Positions 28,501-39,606 are shown, numbered from the stretch's first letter. The stretch: 64,000 bases of DNA from Eledone cirrhosa (GCA_964016885.1 OZ024743.1:94922001-94986000), one strand, 5' to 3'. Notes: a model not told the origin generated them from the letters alone. Numbers and translations: made by a program.

Positions 28501-30986
28501 TCAGAAGTGGCAGTGGAACTATTCTGGAGAAATGGTAGTCTGGGAGGTGGAAGAACTGTAGTAATGGCGTGGTAATGTCAGAAGTGGCAGTAGAACTATT
28601 CTGGAGAAATGGTAGTCTGGGAGGTGGAAGAACTGTAGTAATGGTGTGGTAATGTCAGAAGTGACAGTGGAACTATTCTGGAGAAATGGTAGTCTGGGAG
28701 GTGGAAGAACTGTAGTAATGGTGTGGTAATGTCAGAAGTGGCAGTGGAACTATTCTGGAGAAATGGTAGTCTGAGAGGTGGAAGAACTGTAGTAATGGTG
28801 TGGTAATGTCAGAAGTTGAAGTGGAATTATTCTGGAGAAATGGTAGTCTGGGAGGTGGAAGAACTGTAGTAATGGTGTGGTAATGTCAGAAGTTGAAGTG
28901 GAACTATTCTGGAGAAATGGTAATCTGGGAGGTGGAAGAACTGTAGTAATGGCGTGGTAATATCAGAAGTGGCAGTGGAACTATTCTGGAGAAATGGTAG
29001 TCTGGGAGGTGGAAGAACTGTAGTAATGGTGTGGTAATGTCAGAAGTGGCAGTGGAACTATTCTGGAGAAATGGTAGTCTGGGAGCTGGAAGAACTGTAG
29101 TAATGGCGTGGTAATGTCAGAGGTGGCAGTGGAACTATTCTGGAGAAATGGTAGTCTGGGAGGTGGAAGTACTGTAGTAATGGCGTGGTAATGTCAGAAG
29201 TGGCAGTGGAACTATTCTGAAGAAATGGTAGTCTGGGAGGTGGAAGAACTGCAGTAATGGCGTGGTAATGTCAGAAGTGACAGTGGAACTATTCTGCAGA
29301 AATGGTAGTCTGGGAGGTGGAAGAACTGTAGTAATGGCGTGATAATGTCAGAAGTTGAAGTGGAACTATTCTGGAGAAATGGTAGTCTGGGAGGTGGAAG
29401 AACTGTAGTAATGGTGTGGTAATGTCAGAAGTTGAAGTGGAACTATTCTGGAGAAATTTTAGTCTGAGAGGTGGAAGAACTGTAGTAATGGTGTGGTAAT
29501 GTCAGAAGTGGCAGTGGAACTATTCTGGAGAAATGGTAGTCTGGGAGGTGGAAGAACTGTAGTAATGGCGTGGTAATGTCAGAAGTGGCAGTGGAACTAT
29601 TCTGCAGAAATGGTAGTCTGGGAGGTGGAAGAACTGTAGTAATGGTGTGGTAATGTCAGAAGTGGCAGTGGAACTATTCTGGAGAAATGGTAGTCTGAGA
29701 GGTGGAAGAACTGTAGTAATGGTGTGGTAATGTCAGAAGTTGAAATGGAACTATTCTGGAGAAATGGTAGTCTGGGAGGTGGAAGAACTGTAGTAATGGT
29801 GTGGTAATGTCAGAAGTTGAAGTGGAACTATTCTGGAGAAATGGTTGTCTGGGAGGTGGAAGAACTGTAGTAATGGCGTGGTAATGTCAGAAGTTGAAGT
29901 GGAACTATTCTGGAGAAATGGTAGTCTGGGAGGTGGAAGAACTGTAGTAATGGTGTGGTAATGTCGGAAGTGGCAGTGGAACTATTCTGGAGAAATGGTA
30001 GTCTGAGAGGTGGAAGAACTGTAGTAATGGTGTGGTAATGTCAGAAGTGACAGTGGAACTATTCTGCAGAAATGGTAGTCTGAGAGGTGGAAGTACTGTA
30101 GTAATGGTGTGGTAATGTCAGAAGTGGCAGTGGAACTATTCTGGAGAAATGGTAGTCTGGGAGGTGGAAGAACTGTAGTAATGGTGTGGTAATGTCAGAA
30201 GTGGCAGTGGAACTATTCTGGAGAAATGGTAGTCTGGGAGGTGGAAGAACTGTAGTAATGGCGTGGTAATGTCAGAAGTTGAAGTGGAACTATTCTGGAG
30301 AAATGGTAGTCTGGGAGGTGGAAGAACTGTAGTAATGGCGTGGTAATGTCAGAAGTTGAAGTGGAACTATTCTGGAGAAATGGTAGTCTGGGAGGTGGAA
30401 GAACTGTAGTAATGGCGTGGTAATGTCAGAAGTGGCAGTGGAACTATTCTGGAGAAATGGTAGTCTGAGAGGTGGAAGAACTGTAGTAATGGTGTGGTAA
30501 TGTCAGAAGTGGCAGTGGAACTATTCTGGAGAAATGGTAGTCTGAGAGGTGGAAGAACTGTAGTAATGGCGTGGTAATGTCAGAAGTGGCAGTGGAACTA
30601 TTCTGGAGAAATGGTGTTCTGAGAGGTGGAAGAACTGTAGTAATGGCGTGGTAATGTCAGAAGTGGCAGTGGAACTATTCTGGAGAAATGGTAGTCTGAG
30701 AGGTGGAAGAACTGTAGTAATGGTGTGGTAATGTCAGAAGTTGAAGTGGAACTATTCTGGAGAAATGGTAGTCTGAGAGGTGGAAGAACTGTAGTAATGG
30801 CGTGGTAATGTCAGAAGTTGAAGTGGAACTATTCTGGAGAAATGGTAGTCTGGGAGGTGGAAGAACTGTAGTAATGGCGTGGTAATGTCAGAAGTTGAAG
30901 TGGAACTATTTTTGAGAAATGGTAGTCTGGGAGGTGGAAGAACTGTAGTAATGGCGTGGTAATGTCAGAAGTTGAAGTGGAACTAT
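1568..30986. repeat. 77-bp satellite DNA array, ~382 head-to-tail copies, 29.4 kb
   Basis: Consensus gtggaactattctggagaaatggtagtctgggaggtggaagaactgtagtaatggtgtggtaatgtcagaagtggca. Unit starts at 1568, 1645 and 1722 give a period of 77. There are few substitutions per unit and rare 1-bp deletions. The plus strand is G/A-rich and C-poor. Confidence 0.99.
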
Positions 30987-31092
30987 CGAGGTTGGTCAGA
31001 AAGGAAATATGGTTTGTCAATTGAGAGGATTTAGATAGTGTGAGGAATGTTGAGCGGGAGTTGTCACGTAGAGACTATTAAGACAACAGATA

Positions 31093-31685
31093 TATGTGTG
31101 TTTTTGTGTGGAGGGGGTCTGTGTGGGGGCTGCCTATGTGTGTGTGGTGGATGTCTGTGTGTGCGTTCAGGGGGGGGGGTCTCTCTGTTTGAGGAGGGGT
31201 ATCCTGTGTGTGTGAGTGTGTATGTCTGTATGTGTGTATGTGTGTATGTGTGTGTATGTGCGTATGTGTGTGTTTGTGTGTGTATGTGTGAGTGTGTGTG
31301 TCTGTCTGTGTGTGAGTGTGTGTGTGTGTCTGTCTGTATGTGTGTCAGTGTGCGTGTGTGTGTGTTCGTGTGTGAGTGTGTGTGTGTGTCTGTGTGTGTG
31401 TGTGAGTGTGTGTGTGTGTGTCTGTCTGTGTGTGAGTGTGTGTGTGTGTATGTGTGTGTGTGTGTGTGTGAGTGTGTGTGGGTCTGTGTGTGTGAGTGTG
31501 TGTGTGTGTGTCCCAAACATATGTCTGGAGTGAGTGTATGTAGGTCTGTCCGTGGTGCGATGACAACCTACTTGTGTCGTGTGTGTGTCTACATGTTTGA
31601 TCCATGTGGGAGTGTGTGTATATTGCCAATGTGTGGGTGTGTTAGTAGGTGGACTTGTGTGTCAATCGATGTGTGTGTTTGTTTG

Positions 31686-31778
<93 letters not shown>

Positions 31779-31800
31779 CTGTGTGTGTGACTGTGTGTAT
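31093..31800. repeat. Compound (GT)n-rich microsatellite
   Basis: GT/GTGA/GTCT/GTAT repeats; explains the CVCV and HTHT ORFs. Confidence 0.95.
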
Positions 31801-32045
31801 ACCAGTCCGTATGTGTCCTTAACGGGTTATTTACTCCTAATGACTGGTGACCGAAAATAGAGCATGACCCGAACTAATTGACCCTGATGAAGGTGAAAGA
31901 GGGGTTAGTATTATTGAAACTTCGAAGTCACTTCCACTTCTCTACTCAAAAAATAAAATTTACACTCTACTGCTACGTATTGAGTGCTCATTCAGTTTAT
32001 GTTTTAATGTTTTAAGTACCGTAGTAATTTAAATACCTATTCTAG
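31800..32045 (+). mobile_element. Probable Penelope-like terminal fragment with degenerate hammerhead core
   Basis: CTGATGA at 31884-31890, GAAAC-TTCGAA-GTC at 31916-31929, then AATAAA. ~31960-31990 is the reverse-complement relative of ~1042-1070. Confidence 0.4.
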
Positions 32046-32053
32046 TATATATG

Positions 32054-32250
32054 TGTGGAAGCTGGGCCGCTGTCAGCGAAATTCCTTTTATCATTAGCGG
32101 CTCACCTTTCTCAGGTGCCAGGTGATGCCAGTGAGGGTACTTGGCTGTTTCAGCCACTTAGCCTCGCCATCACTCGCGGTAATGATGTGAGCGTGTCGGC
32201 TTGTCTCAAAAGGTTCCGATGACTCTTGTGATGTGAGACCGATTGAGTGT
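32054..32250 (+). mobile_element. CRE-like LINE 3' fragment
   Basis: Similar to 36295-36410 and 36560-36610 ('gggccgctg.cagcgaa.ttc', 'gtgagggt.c.tgg.tgtttcagc..cttagcctc.ccat', 'cttgtgatgtg.gaccgattg'). Confidence 0.65.
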
Positions 32251-32496
32251 ATATTTTTGTATTGTATTTATAAGGTCCCTGGCAATGATTGATTATATGT
32301 ATTTCTATCTGGTATAAATTCTATTTTGATACCATATATTTGTGTGTGTGTGTGGGGTGGGGGTGGGGGGTGAATTGGGGTGTATGTAGGTGTGTGCATG
32401 TGTGTATATGTAGGTATGTCTGCTTGTATATATACACATACATACTTGCGCATAAAGTTTACTGTCTGTGTGTGTGGAGTTTAAATTTATAGATAA

Positions 32497-33231
32497 CTAG
32501 CAGTGGTACCCGACGTTGCACGGGATATGGTATTTTGGAACGCGGGCCACCAACAGACCTAATCGTGGAAAAACTGCATGTCTGGACAATATGGAAAGAA
32601 AATAAACAGAATAATCTGATGGCTGGATAATCTTTAAGATTTTCCTCGATGAAGCAGGAAAAATGCAGATTTTCACCTAATGCGGGCCCTAGGCCTTAAG
32701 AAAGCTGGATTTTCTTTGCTTACGGTATGAAGAAGAGACTGGCTAATACATAGTTACAATTTCAAGGAAATCGGTCTGACGTAACGCCTCAAAAAACCCC
32801 TAAAAATCTTTAAAAACGCAGTTTTTCACCCAATGCGGGCCCTAGGAGATAAAAAAAAGTTTAATTTCTTATGTGCATAAAACTTCCTGAAACATAAGTA
32901 ATACACATGTAAAGTTTGATAAAAATCGGATGGGTACTTCTCGAGTTTTAGGGATTCAAACTCACAGACACCCCATCACACACACACAGACATCCTCAGG
33001 GAAGTTATATGTATGTATCTATCTAAAAAGAGAAAGACTAAGAATTAGCTAAATCGCCTAATGCGGTCCCTAGGGCATTGAAAATTCGAATTTTGTTTTG
33101 GTCAGAACACTCCCTGAAACATAAGTATTACATGTGTAAAGTTTGAAAACAGCCGGTTTGGTGGTTCTCGAGTTTTAGGGATTCGAACTCACACACACAC
33201 AGACAGACATCCTCAGTTTTATATATATAGA
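32497..33231 (-). mobile_element. Non-autonomous Helitron-like element
   Basis: On the minus strand it starts TCTATATATATAAAACTGAGGATGTCTGTCTG and ends cccgtgcaacgtcgggtaccactgCTAG|T (GC hairpin plus CTAG). Internal imperfect repeats include 'aatgcggg/tccctagg' three times. Confidence 0.75.
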
Positions 33232-33266
33232 CTAGCAGAAAACCATTCGGGGCGGTTTTCTGCTAG

Positions 33267-33540
33267 TCTATTTATCTAAAACAGAGAATGTCTGTCTGTC
33301 TGTCAGCTCACTAAAACTTGAGAACCATCCAACCGATTGTTTTCAAACTTTAGACATGTAATACTTATGGTCCTGTGAGTGTTTTGAGCAAAAATTATTT
33401 CAAATTTTCAATTCCCTAGGGACCGCATTAGGCGATTTAGCGTTCTCTCTATATAATTCTTAGTCTTTCTTTTTAGATAGATACATAGATATAACGTTGC
33501 GCCCTTATAATATCTGTCTGTATGTCTGGCTGTCTGCATT
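33267..33540 (+). mobile_element. Non-autonomous Helitron-like 5' part, inverted relative of 32990-33231
   Basis: Starts TCTATTTATCTAAAACAGAGAATGTCTGTCTG. 'ccctagggaccgcattaggcgatttagc' and 'aattcttagtctttc..tttttagatagatacat' are reverse complements of sequence in 33013-33075. Confidence 0.7.
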
Positions 33541-33562
33541 ACGTCATTATGACGCGCTCAGC

Positions 33563-33779
33563 GCGATTCCCTCGGCCTCAGTGACCAAAGTCAGTGGAGA
33601 GGCGTAGATAATGTTTCTGTAGCACGTGTTTTGGCGTCTATTCACTCTCTCTCTCTCCCTCTCTCCCTCCCGCTATCCCCCTCTCGTAGTCTGTCTCTTT
33701 CTTTCACTCTCACTCTACGCACGTGTTTCCACTGTCGGACAGACAGACAGAGAAATTGCTGGTTATATATATAAGTAGA
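33563..33779 (-). mobile_element. Second Helitron-like family, 5' terminal copy 1
   Basis: Minus strand starts TCTACTTATATATATAACCAGCAATTTCTCTGTCTGTCTG; near-identical to 34494-34708. Confidence 0.65.
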
Positions 33780-34708
33780 CTTGCAGAAAACCACCCGGTG
33801 GGCGGCTTTCTGCTAGCAAATCTAGTGTATATACTGATATTGTTGAGATTTGGATGAGAAATGTTTTCGGCACCACATGTTCACCGTCTCTCGGTGTGTT
33901 TTTTATGCATGTATAAATATATATGTTATCTATACGGTGAAATCTTTGAAATAAATATATGTTAAAACGAAAAAGGAGAAAATAAATAACTGGCGGTTAG
34001 AAAAAAATATTCCTATGAAATTTTAATCATACCATTAGGTGTGAATAAGGAAATATTTTTTTATTGTCAAAACAAATGTTCAAAAGTTAAACTTCAATTT
34101 TTTGAATTATTTCCAATTTTTGCATGAAATTGAACACTGGACATTGGTTGCTGGAAATGGAAATTAAATCGTATTTAATTGTATTTAAATTTCTAACCTT
34201 ATTTTATTATTTATATTTTTTCAATAAGAAATAAAAAAAAAAAAATAATAATTGAAGAAAAAAATTGAACAAATCAAACGTAGGTTATGGAACTGCGCAA
34301 TCTGATTAATAAATTACCTCATCAGCAGCAACCTTCTTCAAATGGTCCTTATTATCAGCAGCAACAACCACAAATTCAATGGCAACCTTCTTCAAACCAC
34401 AAATTCAATGGCAACCTTCTTCGCATGGTGTCAAGTCAGAACCGCTTCGAACTGGTTACTTCTGGCTTGTGCAAGGTGTCTCTATAGCAACCAGCGATTC
34501 CCTCGGCCTGAGTGACCAAAGTCAGTGGAGAGGGGAAGGTAATGTTTCTGTAGCACGTGTTTTAGCGTCTATTCACTCTCTCTCTCTCCCTCTCGCTATC
34601 CCCCTCTCGTAGTCTGTCTCTTTCTTTCACTCTCACTCTCTCTCTACGCACGTGTTTCCACTGTCGGACAGACAGACAGAGAAATTGCTGGTTATATATA
34701 TAAGTAGA
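33780..34708 (-). mobile_element. Second Helitron-like family, copy 2, possibly complete and head-to-tail with copy 1
   Basis: Same TC-starting 5' end at 34708. Candidate 3' hairpin 'cttgcagaaaaccacccggtgggcggctttctgctag' at 33780-33816. The internal extent is inferred. Confidence 0.5.
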
Positions 34709-34812
34709 TGATAATTTTTTTTATTCACAGTTGTATAAATAATATCATAAATTGTTCACGATACTTTCCGAATGAAAATAATAAATGCAATTAATTATTG
34801 CTAGGAATAATT

Positions 34813-35010
34813 AAGGGCGGTGGATTGGCAGTATCGGTAGAGGGTTAGACGCCATTCTTTGCAGCAAAGAGTTACGGCCCTTTATGGTCTGAGTTCAAAT
34901 TCCGCCCAGGTTAACTTTGCCTTTCATCCTTACGGGGTCGACAAAATAAAGTACCAGTAATGCACTGGGGTTATTGCTGGCCTTGTACCAAAAGTAGAAA
35001 CAATTATTGC
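34813..35010 (+). mobile_element. tRNA-derived SINE (near full length)
   Basis: A-box-like tggcagtatcgg, B-box-like gttcaaatt, central 'gcctttcatccttacggggtcga.aaaataaagtacc' domain, tail 'gctggccttgt.ccaaaagtagaaacaatta'. Several copies occur in the window. Confidence 0.85.
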
Positions 35011-35039
35011 TAGGAACCTCACAAATACAACACACTAAC

Positions 35040-35166
35040 ATATACGATCAGAAACAAACAAAACGACCATCAATTCACCACCAAGCCACCAAGTGCGACA
35101 ATTGACCGCACACCACAAGGGTTAACGGAAATGTTTGAGGCAAGCCAACACGCTGGCAGCATTACT
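35040..35166 (-). mobile_element. CRE-like LINE 3' end fragment (inverted)
   Basis: Reverse complement of ~36542-36673 ('gaggcaagccaa' vs 'ttggcttgcctc'; 'atacgatca' vs 'tgatcgtat'). Confidence 0.6.
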
Positions 35167-35899
35167 TCAGGGGCCTTCATGTCAACAGTTCCAAATACAA
35201 GCTCTGGTCCCACAACCACGCAGCTTCAGATCAGCAGAATGTTAACCTCTTTACAGAGTCCTTTATCGTGGTTCCTTCCTCGTCAACGTGGTGCTCTCTT
35301 GGAGCCTAAATTACAGACCAACACTTCAAGTCCATCTTTCGATCTAACCTCAAGCAACTTTTAAAAAACCTCGAGGCCATTGGGCCTCACCAAGGATTTT
35401 TCAAACTTAGGAATTAGTTGTCGATTCCTAAGTTGTATTTTCTCAGAGTCCCTCTTACAGATTCTCGTCCTCTATAACACTTTGACGACCTAATATTCAG
35501 TGAGCTCGAGACCCAGGTCAGTACTTGTCTTTCTGTCTAACTTGTTTTCCTTCTTCCATCCACACTTACTCCCCTTTAGTGGGTTACATCCTCTTCTTTT
35601 CAATATGGACTAGTTCCACCAGGAAGATGGATGAAGCTTTACTAGTGGAGAGAGGTGGGTTTGTCAGCTCACGTCATTGATGAGGATAGACGGGAGGGGG
35701 GGGGGGATCTGCATTCGATAGAATCTTCACTCTCTCTTTAATCATTCTGATTAATTTTCTAGGTGCCACTTACTTTCTGCAAGCACAAAGTTATCGGGGA
35801 ACTGGATTGATGTCCTGCCTGTGGCCAACATTGGTGGTCTTCTCAGTTAGGACGAGCTCTGCATTTCCATTGTGCTCTGAGTGGGAGCTAATGTCTGTT

Positions 35900-36675
35900 G
35901 GGGGTCTGAGATATCACTCTGGTAGGACCCTCGTCTCCACAGGCCTCCATGGTTTGTCCTGCCACCTGAATGCTGGTTGTTTGCCCACCACACAGAGTTA
36001 AACCTGATCATTAAATGGGCCCTGGCTGAGGTAAATATTCCCTCAGTTCTGGAGCCGGCTGGATTATCAAGAATTGGTGGGAAGAGACCAGACATCCTTA
36101 CCTTTTCTCCCTGGGTTAGAGGCATGTGTCTCATCTGGTACACCACAGTCAGTGACTCTTTTCCTCCCTCCCACATCATGGATGCCAAAGTAAATGTGGA
36201 GGTCACTGCTTCCATTGCTGAACGGAATAAAATCCGAACACACCGGGAAATATCAAACAATTATTTTTTCCAGCCTGTGTCGTTCAAGATGTTTGGTGGA
36301 GTTGGGCCGCTGACAGCGAAGTTCTTGTCATCGTTGGCAGCTCGAGGTGTCAAGTGATGCCCGTGAGGGTGCCTGGTTGTTTCAGCGCCTTAGCCTCACC
36401 ATTACCTGTGGCCAGTGCCGGATTTAAGACATGAGGCCCTGTGCTAGTTGAATTATGAGGTAAAAATATTTTGGGCAAGAAATCTGCCCTCCCCTGGCCA
36501 ACGGAGCACCTAAGCACAATGGTAAATCCGGAACTGCTCGCAGTATTGCTGTGATGGTATTGGCTTGCCTCAAAAATGTCCGTTGATCCTTGTGATGTGT
36601 GACCGATTGTCACATTTGGTGGTCGTTTTTTATTTTGTTTCCCTTTTTTTCTGTCATTCGCTTTGATCGTATATT
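35900..36675 (+). mobile_element. CRE-clade non-LTR retrotransposon remnant, restriction-like endonuclease domain
   Basis: ORF 35977-36357 reads H.ELN.IIK.AL....IPS.LEP.GLSR..GKRPD.LT..PW..G..L.W..TV.D...A..AE..K...F.P......G..G, the CRE/RLE C-terminal pattern with degenerate substitutions. Confidence 0.8.
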
Positions 36676-37569
36676 TTGGTGAATTTATAAGTTATGCATA
36701 TTTTCCAGTTGTTCTGTCAACGAAACAGCTCATGAAATTAACTTGTGGGAGATTGTGTATTTATCAAGCAGGTGTACAACTAACGTAATTCGCAGGGAGA
36801 TTCAATCTGCCTTTTTGTACTTTGCCTCATTGAAACCTGAATAAGCTTGGATAAAAAAATAAGTCATATCTAGGTTATCTCCCCTATATAACTTTTTTTT
36901 TCAAGTCAAAGGGAAGTTAACCTCCATACTATTGCCAAGGGAGATAAATTCTGTTTTGCCGTCTGCCTATATGTTACCAGTAAATCTGTAAGTAATTACT
37001 AGGGCAATTTTTTAGAGCTTAACATTTTTAGTGTTTAGACTTTAAAAAATAGTTTATACCTTTTATAGACCTAAAGATATAGATTTTAACTCAAGATCTC
37101 TATTATCCATTAAAAATCTATCAAATGACATCAAAACTATTTACATATACAATGCTGCAGGAGAGAAAAAATAAGCGGCTTTAATTAGTATTTTACTGAG
37201 CATTGACGCTAAATACTGATGTAGGCTGACACTTAAACAAGTAGTCCGTGGGAGATATTGGCGAGTTTTCCAGTCGGCAAAGTCATCCTAGGTCGTTTTC
37301 CAGCAATCTAGAGCTCAGATAGTTTTGTATTTGGCACGGATCTTAGGCAAAATTTAAACCAGGAAAACCTTTAAATGTTTCCTCAATTAAATATTGTGAA
37401 CTCTCCGATTTTTTTAATTGAATCCTTTAGTGTCAAATAACATCGCCTATCTGTGTCAAAGCTGCTTCTATTGTTGATGAATTGAAACATCGTTTAGCTT
37501 TTTCCACGAAAATTCCTCCTCGGAAGCTGCTTGAAAACCGATCATTGGACTCTACCTACAAATGACCAG

Positions 37570-37805
37570 CTTTGTCACACACTATGTCATACTGAATCTC
37601 CCTGAGAATTAAATTAAGGGTACACGTATCTGTGGAATACTCAGCCTTGTCACACACTATGTCACACTGAATATCCCTGAGAATTACATGAAGGGTACAC
37701 GTGCCTGGAATACTCAGCCTTGTCATACACTATGTCATGCTGAATCTCCCTGAGACTTACCTGAAGGGTACAGGTGCCTGGAATACTCAGCCTTGTCATA
37801 CATAA
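37570..37805 (+). repeat. ~72-75-bp tandem repeat (about 3 copies), probably an amplified SINE segment
   Basis: 'ttgtca.acactatgtca..ctgaat.tccctgaga...aagggtaca.gt..ctggaatactcagcc' is repeated. Confidence 0.8.
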
Positions 37806-38156
37806 GTATGTTCTGTTGATCGAACAACTGGTGCACTCATCATTGACACCGACCGACAATGAGGTTTAATACACCTGACTACTGACGTTGATTGTCAATA
37901 AATGATTTAGTGAAGATATATCCGAGACAGAGTCTTGACTCAGTCTGTCACCTTCCCTCCTTTCTTCCGTTACCTAGTCCTTACTCTTTCCCTGCTTTTC
38001 TTCCCATCGTATTTATAGTTCTTTTTTAAAACTTTCTTATACACCCATATCTGCCCTTCTTTACCCCTCCCCCTTTTTTTCATTACTTAATTCTGTCTTT
38101 ATCTTTTTATTTTTATATTCCCACCATTGTATAACTTCTGTAAAATATAGTTGACA

Positions 38157-38342
38157 TAATTGTTTCTACTTTAGGCACAAGGCCAGCAATTACCCAGTGT
38201 ATTACTGGTACTTTATTTTATCGACCCCGTAAGGATGAAAGGCAAAGTCAACCTCGGCGGGATTTTAACTCAGATCGTAAAGGGGCGTAACTATGCTGGA
38301 AAGCATGGCGTCCGACCCTCTACCGATATTGCCATCCACCGA
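38157..38342 (-). mobile_element. tRNA-derived SINE
   Basis: Reverse-complement copy of the 34813-35010 family. Confidence 0.85.
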
Positions 38343-38420
38343 CATAATATGTTTATAACAGATAACGAAATAAAAATTATCGCCCTTAATATAAAAAAAA
38401 CAATTTAAAGGAAAAAGTAA

Positions 38421-38523
38421 TTAATTGTTTCTACTATTGGCACAAAGCCAGCAATAACCCAGTACATTACTGGTACTTTATTTTATCGACCCCGTAAGGA
38501 TGAAAGGCACAGTTAACCTCGGG
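38421..38523 (-). mobile_element. SINE, 5'-truncated
   Basis: Repeats 38157-38258. Confidence 0.8.
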
Positions 38524-38660
38524 TAATTAATAAGTAATTAATAAGTATCTAATGAAGGTCGATACAAAGCTAGACATCTCTGTCATCGACTGGTTGTCAC
38601 GGTTACAGTCAGTTTTCGGCAAACATTATCGTAAAGCTACACGGTTGTCATCAATGTATA

Positions 38661-39060
38661 TGTAGCCGCTCCTTACGGCTGTGACTCAGCACGTATGGGA
38701 GTTGCGTCCCTTCACGACGGTCGTAACTCAGCACGTATAGGAGTTACATCCCTTTGCGACGGGCGCGACTCCCATTGGCAGATTCATGTACTAAATGGAG
38801 TTGCGTCCCCCTGGGGACTATATATTTGAGGACCATCAAGGCATAACCCTCTCTCGCATCCTGAACTTCGAAGGAACAAGAAGAACCTTACCAAGAGAAG
38901 ATTTCTGGTCTTCTCTACACACTCCAGTCTGGGAGTTGTGACCAACTGAACATCAACATGTGGTAACAAGTATTTATATCAATTTATTTGACTTCTGTAA
39001 AGTAAAACCATGTCACAACACTCACCTGCATTTATTGTCATTCATTGATATGTATATACA
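38661..39060 (+). mobile_element. Possible solo LTR
   Basis: Locally GC-richer ~400-bp block that begins TGTA and can end TACA. It has internal ~40-bp repeats ('actcagcacgtat.ggagtt.c.tccctt'), a TATA-like ctatatattt (~38818) and AGTAAA (39001). No clean TSD was found. Confidence 0.4.
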
Positions 39061-39422
39061 CTGATACTAATATCCTAAATATATATTATAAACATATTCA
39101 TGTATATAGAAGTATATATATCTGTATATACATCTATACATAGGTCTTGTTGATCGAATAATAGACAGAGGTAACTCACAGTACTGAAAAAAAAAGTGTT
39201 TATCAACCATAGGAAGACGTGAAAGTCTTTCTACAAATACGAGGATAACATCAAATTCCAGTAGGTCTTATATTATATTCAACATTTAATTATATTGATA
39301 TGCGTGTGTGTGAGTGTCTGTATATGCATGTGTGTGTGTCTGTGTGAGAGAGAGAGAGAGAGAGGGGGAGAGTGTGTGTGTGTGTGTGTGTGTTATCTAT
39401 TGATACACGCACACACACATGT

Positions 39423-39551
39423 AACCAATCAATAAACGTAATGAAGGCATAGCAAATTGTCCTTGTATTATTATATTATACTCTGTCTAGCTCTACACCT
39501 CGCCACTGACGTGAACCTGGGTGAACCTGCAGTAACTTCACCTTACACTCC

Positions 39552-39601
<50 letters not shown>
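39423..39601 (+). repeat. Second copy of the 825-948 repeat followed by (TA)n
   Basis: Direct similarity to 825-997. Confidence 0.75.

Positions 39602-39604
<3 letters not shown>

Positions 39605-39606
<2 letters not shown>

Noticed and set aside
1568-30986. CRISPR-like array or repetitive protein gene
   Set aside because: There are no unique spacers and no cas genes. A 77-bp period is not a multiple of 3, and stops recur on both strands.
1568-30986. Telomeric repeat or strong G-quadruplex array
   Set aside because: No TTAGGG-type unit; mostly GG dinucleotides with at most one GGG per monomer.
30829-31860. ORF running into the satellite, and the Cys/Val- or His/Thr-rich ORFs
   Set aside because: Translations of satellite and (GT)n repeats.
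34813-34910. tRNA gene
   Set aside because: The A/B boxes belong to a multi-copy SINE head and no cloverleaf is evident.
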